From Balanoglossus misakiensis (Eukaryota; Animalia; Hemichordata): a stretch of 64,000 bases of DNA. The notes under the pieces were generated by a model, which made no database searches, was not told where the DNA came from, and saw nothing but the letters and a program-made list of their open reading frames with translations. Shown here in pieces: positions 1-14,100 of this stretch (position 1 is its first letter; every line of letters starts with the position of its first letter). Location: NCBI GenBank assembly GCA_040954595.2, contig CM082590.2, forward strand, positions 9,326,088 to 9,390,087, in the 5' to 3' direction. The position numbers were made by a program, and so were the translations under genes.

Positions 1-3000
1 ATAACCCCATGAAAAGTGACCACAGATGTCAAAATTTTCCGAAATTGGCAAAGTCGGCATTCGTCATTTTTCATCATTTCCATGGGCCTATAACCCATGA
101 AAATTGACCACAGATGTCAAAATTTCCGAATTGGCAAAGTCGGCATTCGTCATTTTTTCATCATTTCCATGGCCTATAACCCATGAAAAGTGACCACAGA
201 TGTCAAAATTTCCGAAATTGGCAAAGTCGGCATTCGTCATTTTTTCATCATTTCCATGGCCTATAACCCATGAAAAGTGACCACAGATGTCAAAATTTCC
301 GAAATTGGCAAAGTCGGCATTCGTCATTTTTTCATCATTTCCATGGCCTATAACCCATGAAAAGTGACCACAGATGTCAAAATTTCCGAAATTGGCAAAG
401 TCGGCATTCGTCATTTTATCATCATTTCCATGGCCTATAACCCATGAAAAGTGACCACAGATGTCAAAATTTCCGAAATTGGCAAAGTCGGCATTCGTCA
501 TTTTTTCATCATTTCCATGGCCTATAACCCATGAAAAGTGACCACAGATGTCAAAATTTCCGAAATTGGCAAAGTCGGCATTCGTCATTTTTTCATCATT
601 TCCATGGCCTATAACCCATGAAAAGTGACCACAGATGTCAAAATTTCCGAAATTGGCAAAGTCGGCATTCGTCATTTTTTCATCATTTCCATGGCCTATA
701 AACCCATGAAAAGTGACCACAGATGTCAAAATTTCCGAAATTGGCAAAGTCGGCATTCGTCATTTTTTCATCATTTCCATGGCCTATAACCCATGAAAAG
801 TGACCACAGATGTCAAAATTCCGAAATGGCAAAGTCGGCATTCGTCATTTTTTCATCATTTCCATGGCCTATAACCCATGAAAAGTGACCACAGATGTCA
901 AAATTTCCGAAATTGGCAAAGTCGGCATTCGTCATTTTTTCATCATTTCCATGGCCTATAACCCATGAAAAGTGACCACAGATGTCAAAATTTCCGAAAT
1001 TGGCAAAGTCGGCATTCGTCATTTTTTCATCATTTCCATGGCCTATAACCCATGGAAAAGTGACCACAGATGTCAAAATTTCCGAAATTGGCAAAGTCGG
1101 CATTCGTCATTTTTTCATCATTTCCATGGCCTATAACCCATGAAAAGTGACCACAGATGTCAAAATTTCCGAAATTGGCAAAGTCGGCATTCGTCATTTT
1201 TTCATCATTTCCATGGCCTATAACCCATGAAAAGTGACCACAGATGTCAAATTTCCGAATTGGCAAAGTCGGCATTCGTCATTTTTTCATCATTTCCATG
1301 GCCTATAACCCATGAAAAGTGACCACGGATGTCAAAATTTCCGAAATTGGCAAAGTCGGCATTCGTCATTTTTTCATCATTTCCATGGCCTATAACCCAT
1401 GAAAAGTGACCACAGGATGTCAAAATTTCCGAAATTGGCAAAGTCGGCATTCGTCATTTTTTCATCATTTCCATGGCCTATAACCCATGAAAAGTGACCA
1501 CAGATGTCAAAATTTCCGAAATTGGCAAAGTCGGCATTCGTCATTTTTTCATCATTTCCATGGCCTATAACCCATGAAAAGTGACCACAGATGTCAAAAT
1601 TTCCGAAATTGGCAAAGTCGGCATTCGTCATTTTTTCATCATTTCCATGGCCTATAACCCATGAAAAGTGACCACGGATGTCAAAATTTCCGAAATTGGC
1701 AAAGTCGGCATTCGTCATTTTTTCATCATTTCCATGGCCTATAACCCATGAAAAGTGACCACAGATGTCAAAATTTCCGAAATTGGCAAAGTCGGCATTC
1801 GTCATTTTTCATCATTTCCATGGCCTATAACCCATGAAAAGTGACCACAGATGTCAAAATTTCCGAAATTGGCAAAGTCGGCATTCGTCATTTTTTCATC
1901 ATTTCCATGGCCTATAACCCATGAAAAGTGACCACAGATGTCAAAATTTCCGAAATTGGCAAAGTCGGCATTCGTCATTTTTTCATCATTTCCATGGCCT
2001 ATAACCCATGAAAAGTGACCACAGATGTCAAAATTTCCGAATTGGCAAAGTCGGCATTCGTCATTTTTCATCATTTCCATGGCCTATAACCATGAAAAGT
2101 GACCACAGATGTCAAAATTTCCGAAATTGGCAAAGTCGGCATTCGTCATTTTTTCATCATTTCCATGGCCTATAACCCATGAAAAGTGACCACAGATGTC
2201 AAAATTTCCGAAATTGGCAAAGTCGGCATTCGTCATTTTTTCATCATTTCCATGGCCTATAACCCATGAAAAGTGACCACAGTTGTCAAAATTTCCGAAA
2301 TTGGCAAAGTCGGCATTCGTCATTTTTTCATCATTTCCATGGCCTATAACCCATGAAAAGTGACCACAGATGTCAAAATTTCCGAAATTGGCAAAGTCGG
2401 CATTCGTCATTTTTTCATCATTTCCATGGCCTATAACCCATGAAAAGTGACCACAGTTGTCAAATTTCCGAAATTGGCAAAGTCGGCATTCGTCATTTTT
2501 TCATCATTTCCATGGCCTATAACCCATGAAAAGTGACCACAGATGTCAAAATTTCCGAAATTGGCAAAGTCGGCATTCGTCATTTTTTCATCATTTCCAT
2601 GGCCTATAACCCATGAAAAGTGACCACAGATGTCAAAATTTCGAAATTGGCAAAGTCGGCATTCGTCATTTTTTCATCATTTCCATGGCCTATAACCCAT
2701 GAAAAGTGACCACAGATGTCAAAATTTCCGAAATTGGCAAAGTCGGCATTCGTCATTTTTTCATCATTTCCATGGCCTATAACCCATGAAAAGTGACCAC
2801 AGATGTCAAAATTTCCGAAATGGCAAAGTCGGCATTCGTCATTTTTTCATCATTTCCATGGCCTATAACCCATGAAAAGTGACCACGGATGTCAAAATTT
2901 CCGAAATTGGCAAAGTCGGCATTCGTCATTTTTTCATCATTTCCATGGCCTATAACCCATGAAAAGTGACCACAGATGTCAAAATTTCCGAAATTGGCAA

Positions 3001-5186
3001 AGTCGGCATTCGTCATTTTTTCATCATTTCCATGGCCTATAACCCATGAAAAGTGACCACAGATGTCAAAATTTCCGAAATTGGCAAAGTCGGCATTCGT
3101 CATTTTTTCATCATTTCCATGGCCTATAACCCATGAAAAGTGACCACAGATGTCAAAATTTCCGAAATTGGCAAAGTCGGCATTCGTCATTTTTTCATCA
3201 TTTCCATGGCCTATAACCCATGAAAAGTGACCACAGATGTCAAAATTTCCGAAATTGGCAAAGTCGGCATTCGTCATTTTTTCATCATTTCCATGGCCTA
3301 TAACCCATGAAAAGTGACCACAGATGTCAAAATTTCCGAAATTGGCAAAGTCGGCATTCGTCATTTTTTCATCATTTCCATGGCCTATAACCCATGAAAA
3401 GTGACCACAGATGTCAAAATTTCCGAAATTGGCAAAGTCGGCATTCGTCATTTTTTCATCATTTCCATGGCCTATAACCCATGAAAAGTGACCACAGATG
3501 TCAAATTTTCGAAATTGGCAAAGTCGGCATTCGTCATTTTTTCATCATTTCCATGGCCTATAACCCATGAAAAGTGACCACAGTTGTCAAAATTTCGAAA
3601 TTGCAAAGTCGGCATTCGTCATTTTTTCATCATTTCCATGGCCTATAACCCATGAAAGTGACCACAGATGTCAAAATTTCCGAAATTGGCAAAGTCGGCA
3701 TTCGTCATTTTTTCATCATTTCCATGGCCTATAACCCATGAAAAGTGACCACAGATGTCAAAATTTCCGAAATTGGCAAAGTCGGCATTCGTCATTTTTT
3801 CATCATTTCCATGGCCTATAACCCATGAAAAGTGACCACAGATGTCAAAATTTCCGAAATTGGCAAAGTCGGCATTCGTCATTTTTCATCATTTCCATGG
3901 CCTAAAACCCATGAAAAGTGACCACAGATGTCAAAATTTCCGAAATTGGCAAAGTCGGCATTCGTCATTTTTTCATCATTTCCATGGCCTATAACCCATG
4001 AAAAGTGACCACAGATGTCAAAATTTCCGAAATTGGCAAAGTCGGCATTCGTCATTTTTTCATCATTTCCATGGCCTATAACCCATGAAAAGTGACCACA
4101 GATGTCAAAATTTCCGAAATTGGCAAAGTCGGCATTCGTCATTTTTTCATCATTTCCATGGCCTATAACCCATGAAAAGTGACCACAGATGTCAAAATTT
4201 CCGAAATTGGCAAAGTCGGCATTCGTCATTTTTTCATCATTTCCATGGCCTATAACCCATGAAAAGTGACCACAGATGTCAAAATTTCCGAAATTGGCAA
4301 AGTCGGCATTCGTCATTTTACCATCATTTCCATGGCCTATAAACCCATGAAAAGTGACCACAGATGTCAAAATTTCCGAAATTGGCAAAGTCGGCATTCG
4401 TCATTTTACCATCATTTCCATGGCCTAAAACCCATGAAAAGTGACCACAGAAGTCAAAATTTCCGAAATTGGCAAAGTCGGCATTCGTCATTTTATCATC
4501 ATTTCCATGGCCTATAACCCATGAAAAGTGACCACAGATGTCAAAATTTCCGAAATTGGCAAAGTCGGCATTCGTCATTTTATCATCATTTCCATGGCCT
4601 ATAACCCATGAAAAGTGACCACAGATGTCAAAATTTCCGAAATTGGCAAAGTCGGCATTCGTCATTTTTTCATCATTTCCATGGCCTATAACCCATGAAA
4701 AGTGACCACAGATGTCAAAATTTCCGAAATTGGCAAAGTCGGAATTCGTCATTTTACCATCATTTCCATGGCCTATAACCCATGAAAAGTGACCACAGAT
4801 GTCAAAATTTCCGAAATTGGCAAAGTCGGCATTCGTCATTTTTTCATCATTTCCATGGCCTATAACCCATGAAAAGTGACCACAGATGTCAAAATTTCCG
4901 AAATTGGCAAAGTCGGCATTCGTCATTTTATCATCATTTCCATGGCCTATAACCCATGAAAAGTGACCACGGATGTCAAAATTTCCGAAATTGGCAAAGT
5001 CGGCATTCGTCATTTTATCATCATTTCCATGGCCTATAACCCATGAAAAGTGACCACAGGATGTCAAAATTTCCGAAATTGGCAAAGTCGGCATTCGTCA
5101 TTTTATCACCATTTCCATGGCCTATAACCCATGAAAAGTGACCACAGTTGTCAAAATTTCCGAAATTGGCAAAGTCGGCATTCGTC
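1..5186. repeat. Satellite array, 87-bp monomer, ~59-60 near-identical copies, truncated by window start
   Basis: Unit ATAACCCATGAAAAGTGACCACAGATGTCAAAATTTCCGAAATTGGCAAAGTCGGCATTCGTCATTTTTTCATCATTTCCATGGCCT; the 29-aa periodicity of the minus-strand ORFs equals 87 nt; differences between copies are mostly homopolymer indels. Confidence 0.98.
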
Positions 5187-5508
5187 GACCCCAAGAGGTT
5201 GTCAGCCTTGGAAGATTTCACACGTTCAGTCGTTGTATAAGTTTGAAGAGTCCTTACCTAACGAGGATAAGTTTCACAAATCTCTCAGCCGGGCAGTCAG
5301 CCGTGAAACGATAGTCTAGAACTTTCTCGAGGTGTGATATTCGGCATTCGTCGACCCCAAGAGGTTGTCAGCCTTGGAAGATTTCACACGTTCAGTCGTT
5401 GTATAAGTTTGAAGAGTCCTTACCTAACGAGGATAAGTTTCACAAATCTCTCAGCCGGGGCAGTCAGCCGTGAAACGATAGTCTAGAACTTTCTCGAGGT
5501 GTGATATT
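5175..5508. repeat. 166-bp tandem duplication at the satellite/unique-sequence junction
   Basis: 5175-5340 and 5341-~5507 are near-identical (one extra G in copy 2); each starts with TCGGCATTCGTC, the last 12 bp of the satellite. Confidence 0.93.
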
Positions 5509-6173
5509 GCAAGTCCATTGTCTCTTCTCCCTCCACCTAGTCTTGGACGTATCTCTCCCCCTCTCCCTCACACGTCCCTCAAAGCATTACTGTCCCTCAA
5601 AACATGTTTTCATCTGGCGATTCATTTTGTCTTTCCAAGTGTGAAAACTTCGAAACTTTATCTGTACCTTTGTGTGTGCACAGTCCCTCAAGAAAGACGG
5701 TCAGGAATCGCCTTCTGTTCGGACGAGTTAATTTTATTTAGTTGACATTCGACCTACGAATTCAAGTAATATTTATTTTGATCATTGTATGAGCGAATAG
5801 TAGGCTTATTCTGAATGTGACACTTGACAAGCCAACTGATGTTTGAGGGCGCTGTACATTCCGATCAGGGGATGAATAGAACCACAAGTACTAGAAATAC
5901 ATTTACATGTAGTAGAAAATAATATTTTAATCATGAATATCTTGCCACTAACTTACATTACAGGAAAAGTATATGTCAAAACTGTGTTGGGTATCTTTTT
6001 CTGTGAACCAAATTCCTGGTTTTACTCCAAATAGCTTGTGTTGTTAACTGAGTCAATATGTTAGCAATTCTCTACACCAACAATACTGCAACATTCTTGC
6101 AAGCTGTGTGTATTGTTCATAATGAGATACAAATGAAGAAAATGACCAAGTTGAGATTATGTCATTCGTTTTT

Positions 6174-9100
6174 TTACTCTGATGATTCTATCTTTGTATC
6201 GCTATCATCTTTCTTTTCTCCATCTCCATCACTTTTATCCTCAGTGTCCATTTTCTCGTCGTTCGCCTCAACTTTCTCTTCATCTATTTTCAAATCAGTC
6301 TCCATCATTTCTTCATCAGTTTTTCCTTCTCCCTCTTCGGTGGCATCTTCTCCCTGTGAAGATTCCTGTGGTGGCGGTGTTTGTATCGCATCAACATTGT
6401 CTTTTGCTTCCGGACTTTTCTCCTTTATTTCACTCAATGGTTTCTCATCCTCAGCTTTCTGCATTTCAGGCGTTGGTGATTTATCCGGTGTGTCAGTATC
6501 CTTCTCCGATGATCCACCCTTCCCTTCTTCATCCTCCGTCTTTTCCTCAACACTTCCTTCCTTGTTTTCCTCTGTCTCATCCAGCCTCTCCTGGTCTACT
6601 CGCGATGTCACTTCATCCTTCTCTGTCTTATCTTCTTCCTCTTTGGACTCAGACTGCAGTGGTGTCTGTTCAATCTTCTCCGTCCTCTGCTCACCCTTCT
6701 CTTCACCTGTCTGCTCCCCGATCTGCTCACATTTCTGCTCTGCTGTCGACTCAACCTTCTCTCCCTCCTTCTGTTCTTCTGCCTCTGCTGTTTTCTTTTC
6801 CTTGGTCTGCTCTGTCTTCTCCTCCCCCATCTTCGCCACCTTCTGCTCCCCTATCTGTTCAAGCATCCCATCCTCCGGTTTATCCTCTGTTGCATCATCT
6901 GTTTTCCCTTCTTTTCCCTGTTCCCCACCCTTCTCCGACACCTCATCTGCTTTGCCGTCCACGGACGATTCATCCTCAACCTGATCCGTTTCCATTTTCT
7001 CCGGCGATTCCGGTTCCGTCTTCACCGACTTTTCCTTTTCCTTGACGTCTTCCGTTCGGACCTTCTCCGACTTGCTCTTCAGTGTGGCTTCCAGCTTTCC
7101 GGGTTCATCCGGCAGCGATTGTCCGGTCACCAGCTGAGGCTGCGGTGGGGGTTGTGGCATTCCCTGAGACTGCAGAGGAGGGGTCGGGATCGGTTTCATC
7201 AACTCACTCCAATCAATCTCTATCTTCTGTTCACACAGCTGCAAGTCAAGGAAAAGACACTTAGAAAACAACTTGGATGTTGTAAGTGTACAAGTGCCCT
7301 CTATGGCCAATATGAGCTTTTCCTTTGTTGAACAACACTACTCCAACACTAACACAGACCACTACCCAAGAAAGTTCCAACTCTCGAATATTGAATACCT
7401 TCACACTGGCAGACCAGCAGATAATAAGAAAGAGAAAGAAACAAATCACCGAGTCCCTAAACCTCTACTGTGTGGAGAACCTCTACACACACAATCTACG
7501 GTAAAACTGTACCTTTTTCATGGTATTCGTAAACTGATCACTACTTTCTAGAAATTTCCTTTTCTTGGCTTCAAACCGCTCTTCAATATGCTGCAGTTCA
7601 CCTTCAAGCTTTTTCTGCAGTGAGAAGAAAACATTGTTAAAACGCAGAACACAAAAGTCAAACAGAAGTCTATCATCATTGTCAGAGGTTTTTCCCAACC
7701 TCTTATCTGATACATTGATGAATAGGTACGACTTGCAACATACATGAATATTAATGAGCATGAATATTCATGAGTAACCAGTTGTCAAGACAACCTAGGT
7801 AGGACGTTGAAGCATAACTCACCTGATGTAACATAAGGGAAGAAACCTGTCTCTTCAAAATATCCATACGTGTGTTGGTGACCACAGAACGAGGGTCAGG
7901 TACCACTGCGTCACTCAGTATCTCGTTGATCAGCCGATGGTTTCGTAGATAGCGGGCGGCCGCGATGTGCTTCACTGAAAAGCCGTCATCGGTGTCTGAA
8001 AATGATCAATATGTAATGAGAGGTAGCTCACTAATGTGCAGGGGGGGTTAACCCTTTCACTCGTATTCTGTATTGACAGATAAAACACTTTGTGGACTCA
8101 CCATCATCATCTTCAGCTGGTTGGATACTCATCCTCGGTTCTGGTTGCTTGTCCACAACTTGGGTCTCTTCCGCTTGTTGCTGAGCTGAAGGATAAAAAA
8201 AGGAGAAAAACTGGTGATTATGATGGAAAATAGATAAGCTGATCAGATCAGAAGGAAATATGATTTACTGGTACTTGTAGGCTTATGCCAAGATCACAAG
8301 TGTCTGCAAACTGCGATCCAAACTTCAGGGCAGGTACAGCAGAGAAATGAGACAGAACTTTTGATTGGTTCATGTCTCCTGAAGGTGCTGTTTGGTCAAA
8401 TGTTTAACCAATGAAAATGACAGATGCAATGCCCACCTCTTCCCTTAGCAACAATCCATGCTTGGTAAGCAGGGGAGTTGTGATAGGCTTTCATTGCTTC
8501 ATTGTAGTCGATCTGTGGAGGAAAGAATATGCAAATTATAGCAACTATATGACGTATAGAGCAAACTTCTATACATAAGAACAAGTTAGCAAATCACTGA
8601 TTACACTACAGTGGAGTTGAAAGACAACTGAGACTAAACCACTATGAACACAGGGATGTTAGCTATACACTGACCTTTTCAGTTTCATACTCGTCAATGA
8701 AACTCTGCTTCTCTTCCTCCGCCAGTTCCCTCCACATCTGACCGATGATTTTCCCGATCTCCCACAGCTTCAATTCCGGGTTCTCCTGCTTGACCCTCTC
8801 CCATACTTTCCGGCTGTATCTCATGTACGGCATCAGTGGCTTATCCGGAGCCTTGGGTGGCTTGGGCACACCTGTACTTTTATCCTGAAAATGTATGATG
8901 ATTACTAGGAAGGTTACCCCCTGGAAATCTACCACCAATTCAGGTTCACTATTGGCAGTTGATGAGTAAAAGTTTACGGGGGTAACTGTCCTATGGCTGT
9001 ACAGTGCATCCTGTTTTGTCACTTGTGGTACTTACTCTGTTATTAGGACCTCCAAATTTGATGGGATGGAAAGCAGGGTGGTTATACTGATTGCTGATTC

Positions 9101-9589
9101 CTGTAGAATGAGAATAGAAAAGAAGTAATTATACAGCACGGATGTCCCATATCATCTATGGCTGGTGAATGTCTATTTCACCGAAATTCCTAACCCTACA
9201 TTTTTGTCCGATTCAGTGCACAGTTCTTCGCCAAATCATGATCTTTGATTTCAAAAGCAAAATACGCTTTCGGCGACGTTCGCGATCAGGTTTTGACATC
9301 ACCGCGCAGACGACGAGAGAGTCAAAGCACGTGTTTATAAACAGCTGGGCATCTGATCAAAATAATAACAAAGTGTCGGCGAGATGGGTTGATGAACTTT
9401 AGTGTGTGAATTTCAAATCACTCAATAAATATGTATATTCATGGTTAGTTCTGTTTATTTCATACATTCCCCTGCAAGTGAGCAGTAAAATCTTTAAATG
9501 GGTGTTTACTCACGACTTGAACTTGATGGAGGGGTTGCGGTCCCTCCAATAATTGATCGGCTGCTTCTTTGTTGTCCGTAGGAAGACAT
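6174..9589 (-). CDS. SMARCE1: SWI/SNF (BAF) subunit BAF57, 8 coding exons
   Basis: Phase-consistent GT-AG exons 9514-9589, 9036-9100, 8675-8884, 8437-8512, 8102-8185, 7823-7995, 7513-7614, 6174-7238. HMG box [48 protein letters not shown] motif ([24 protein letters not shown]), coiled coil [25 protein letters not shown], long acidic tail. Confidence 0.96.
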
Positions 9590-11113
9590 AGTGGCGATCG
9601 GATACGGGTCACAGTAGTCTAGATCTAAACAACACAAATATTGCAATGGAAATGGTGTCCCAGCGATGCTTTGACCAACAGAATGTATCCACTGTACTCC
9701 GGGTGATGTTATTCAAGTATAAATCTCAGATCGGATCAACCTTTCGCGATGGGAATACCAATAAATGTACTGAATTCACGTGTACTGATCATCCACACAC
9801 GTTGAAAGCGACAAAGCGTTGTTGATTGATGAACCCTTCCTGTTCCCAGGATGCAATGTGATTCGGACCTCCCAAGTCTTCTTAGATAACTTTCCAAAAT
9901 TGTGTATTTTCAGCGTCACTCCCCCCAAAATCCCCTAGATATAAAAATCTACCAGTTTGCTTCGACATTCTAAATACATGTAATAAGCATTTTCTAAAAT
10001 TACTGGGCAAACAATAGGAAAAACTTCTCAATAAGAAGTTAAACTATTTTATGGTAGGCTAGGGGGAACTATTTGACCTCATATGGCGGCAGGCGATAAA
10101 ACTTTCGAAAATAATATCAGAAGAAGAAACGCAATATTTAGGTTTCAGTGAAGATTTTTGGATATATTGCTTAACTCGGAATATTGCTGGATACGCTATA
10201 ATAGGATTTTAATCAAGGTTGGTTGGTTTATTTTTGCGTGAACCGCACTGGGTTGAAATTAGTGGAGCGTCTATGTTATTATGTACTGTCATGGTCGAAA
10301 CAAGCAGTCGACAATATCGGCCGTCACATTAGAGACATTTGCAAAGAATATTCACGATTCTACGCAGTAAATATTGGTTTTTAAATTGTCGAGTAACAAT
10401 TCAATACCTTGAAAATGTCACGGTTTCGAAATTTCGTTTAAAATTGACCTGAGGTACGTACATGATTCATTCTGAAATAGCGTGCGTTGAGGACACAGAA
10501 AAACATTAGTTCATCTCCGGTCAACCACGCGCACAGTCAACGCAATTGATTGTCTGACACCTCTGCGTTACACATCTGTTCCATGAGTGCAGAGCGTAAT
10601 TGACCAATCACATGGGCTGTGGCTAGTTAGTAATTGACCAATCAGAATTATGGGGTCTGAATAATTAGCCAAACAATGATGCGTCAAAGTGACCAATCAC
10701 AAGCGCTGTGGTCGATCTGTTTCAGGTGCGTGGAAAGAAATTGACCAATCGAAACTTTCTGGGTCAAAAGTAAATAGCCAAACAGTGATGATCGATCGAT
10801 TGTCATGTATATAACTGTTTGTAGGCAATGTACACTTTCTATTGTATTAGCTGAGAAACGGAAACTCTCATCAAAGCTGTTGTCTTGAAAATAATTGTGT
10901 GGATGGTGTCAATAAATCTTGAGTTTAACTCTTTCACCACCATGGTTTGGCCCAAATCTGTTGTTTTCTGTGGTAAAGTTGGACCCCTATTGAGGGAATT
11001 GGGGGTGTATAACAACAATAGCTTCCAAACTTTTCATGTTGATCTCAAGAGTATTACTGATTTTATAATTAATTGATATTGAAAAGTAATGATGTGTTTT
11101 GTCCCTGTTTCAG
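9590..11113. promoter_or_regulatory. Shared head-to-head promoter region of SMARCE1 and TOPBP1
   Basis: Divergent start codons ~1.5 kb apart (9589 minus, 11124 plus); ZNF143/Staf-like site TTCCCAGGATGCAATGTG at 9843-9860; four GACCAATC CCAAT boxes at 10604, 10638, 10693, 10745. Transcription starts not observable. Confidence 0.6.
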
Positions 11114-11123
11114 AAATGCAGAA

Positions 11124-14100
11124 ATGTCTAATATACTTGTTGTATTTGTAAGCCTATCGAAGAGCTCAGACAACCAAATAAAAAAGGCATACACCGTAAG
11201 TAAATGAAACTTTTATATACGTAAATAATGTGGTAATTCTTACTAATGTTGTATTAAATGAAATATGCCATTGTACAATGCATGGCCAGTTCATTGAATT
11301 TTTACATATGTTGTATTTTTTTCTGTAGGCTGTACAACGTGCAAATCTGCCATGCAAATTGGTGGGTGATCAAGACGTCTTACAGCAAAGGGAGAAAGAT
11401 GCATCTTTGTACGTCTGTGATCCGTTTGAAGGGCCTGTGTTTGAACACTTAATGAAACTAGAATGCAGGTAAGGGACTGTTATTCTTTGAGACATTATGC
11501 AAATACAGCTCTGTTCTGTATTTCCATTGGGTGGGTTAGCGCTGGGCTAACCAAGGCCAGCCCTTGTTTATAAATTAAGCTCATCAATATTACTTCAGTG
11601 GAACATTACTAGAATAAAAATACACTATAGCACAAGTTGCATATTTTGTGTTTTGGTCTGGAATTAAAAGTCATACACATCAATGTTAGCAAATTGCTGC
11701 AATTGACCATTTTCTAAACACTCCACAAGACCCTGCCAGATTTCATATGGGTGGGCAGTTTATATACAACATCTGGCCCATTGTGTTAACCCTTTCACCA
11801 CCATGGTTTGGTCCAAATCCATTGTTTTCTATGGTGAAGTCGGGCCTCTATACAAGGAAATGGGGGTGAAAGGGTTAAAGGGACAAAGTCTCTCTCTCGC
11901 TGCCCTTTTTTCCAGTAATTATATTTGATAAGAGACAACGTTTGTTATTCTACAAGTGGATATATAGTGAATGAACATTCAACCATACACATCTTCCATC
12001 CCTCTTATAGACAGGAGAGTGAAAAAACTCGCCAAAATGAATAATCGTTCTTTACCATTTATTCATTTTGGGCGAGTTTTTACTCTCATATCCTACAAAC
12101 GAGATGGAAGTTGTGTGTGGTCGAAAGTTGATTCACCATATATCCACATGTAGAATAACATAAACGGAGTCTTGTATCAAACATAATTAATGGAAAAAGG
12201 CCAGCGAGAGAGAGACTTTGTAAACGGCACAATCTTATGCATTGAATATCTTTTCATGATAGGATTGTTGGTCCCCAGTGCGTGTTGAACTGTATGAGAC
12301 TAGGCGTGGCTATCCCGAGAGCTGAAGGTCCCGTCTACAACATCACCATGAAAGATGTCGTGGTCAGTTGTTCCAGCTTAGCCAAGTCGCAAAGGGTAAG
12401 TCTACATGCATAGACTAGACTAGACTAGACTAGACTACGATAGACTACTCTAGAATAGACTAGAATAGAATAGATATACTCAAACCTGTGTTTGTGGCCA
12501 CATATAGTGGAATCTTGTTTATAGTGGCCACATTATTACTGGTACCGTTCCAATTTAATTTACATTTACATTAATTGACCTGTCTGTAGTATAAAAGACA
12601 CCTGTCTGTAAAGCTAGGTAACTTGGAGAAATGTACCTTGACTGGCCACTATAGACATGTTTGGAAAAGAATATAATAAAATAAAGAACAAAACTGGAAT
12701 GGTAGAATAGAACAAAACTGGTATGAAAGTGATGATTTGTTCATACTGAAATAAAGTACAACAGTTCTGATGATAAATTTGAATTTTTCTTCCATCTTTT
12801 CATTACAGCAAGAAATTCACAATCTTGTTCAGTGGATGGGAGGAACTGTGCTGCGAAACTTCACTGAGAATGTCACTCATCTGGTTGCAGGGGAAGTTGG
12901 ATCCAAAAAGTACCATGTACGTAGTCTGGTTGTTAAATCTGGTTGTGGTTGTTGTTGTTTATGTTGTTTGTTTACAAAAGAGTGTTGTTTATGTTGTCTG
13001 TATACAAAATCTAAGATCACCACCAATTTGTGGCTGTTGCAGTTACATTGTAACTTGTACAAAAGCATCATACATATTGGTTTTCCACGGCTCTGAAGAA
13101 CCATGAAAATTTGTGTTGAGTACATCATTGAATTCTACACACTTTTTTGTGATATCAAAGTTGTACGTGGAAGTTCAATAATTGTACTCAGCCCTTGGTA
13201 AAGCACGTTAACATTAGAATACTTTTTGTTTGTATATATAAAAACATGTTAATAACTCCAAAGTGGTTTCACCCCCAGTTCCCTCTATAGAGGTCCAACT
13301 TTACCATGGAAAACAATGGGTTTGGACTGAACCATAGTGGTAAAAAGGTTGAGTTCTTATTTGATATTTGTTGGCCTACAGGTGGCTGTTAGTCTTGGCA
13401 AGCCTGTCATGTTACCTGAATGGATCTTTGAATGCTGGAAGAGAAGCAAAGGCAGGTATGTACAGTGCTTTAGTTATTTTGTGAGGAACAATGATAAAAA
13501 ATGTATACATGTACAGTAAAACCTGTCTAATCCAAACACCCAAGGGACTGAAGAAAATGTTCAGTTTACACGTACAGAGGTGTCTGGTTTATAGAGGTTC
13601 TTTTGACATGTGGTTCCATGTCAACAGGACAGGAAAAAGTGGTCAGTATAGACAGGTTTCCAGATTAGACAGAGTTTGGTTTAGACAGGTTTTACTGTAC
13701 AAATCTCACCCTTCTTGTCTTACCGTCTTTGCAAATCTCACCTTTCTTGTCTTACCTTTCTTGCAAATCTCACCTTTCTTGTCTTACCTTTCTTGCAAAT
13801 CTCACCTTTCTTGTCTCACCTTTCTTGCAAATCTCACCTTTCTTGTCTTACCTTTCTTGCAAATCTCACCTTTCTTGTCTTACCTTTCTTGCAAATCTCA
13901 CCTTTCTTGTCTTACCTTTCTTGCAAATCTCACCTTTCTTGTCTCACCTTTCTTGCAAATCTCACCTTTCTTGTCTTACCTTTCTTGCAAATCTCACCTT
14001 TCTTGTCTCACCTTTCTTGCAAATCTCACCTTTCTTGTCTTACCTTTCTTGCAAATCTCACCTTTCTTGTCTCACCTTTCTTGCAAATCTCACCTTTCTT

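Noticed and set aside
1-5221. Repetitive ORFs (MTNADFANFGNF...) and CRISPR-like periodicity
   Set aside because: The 87-bp unit is divisible by 3 and stop-free in one frame by chance; frequent frameshifts; no unique spacers, no cas genes, eukaryotic context
6058-7045. Long plus-strand Ser/Phe/Pro-rich ORFs
   Set aside because: Antisense shadow of the low-complexity acidic SMARCE1 exon
10083-10141. Possible upstream first coding exon of TOPBP1 (MAAGDKTF..)
   Set aside because: Phase would fit, but the donor GTTTCA is weak, there is no recognisable homology, and ATG 11124 already matches the expected N-terminus
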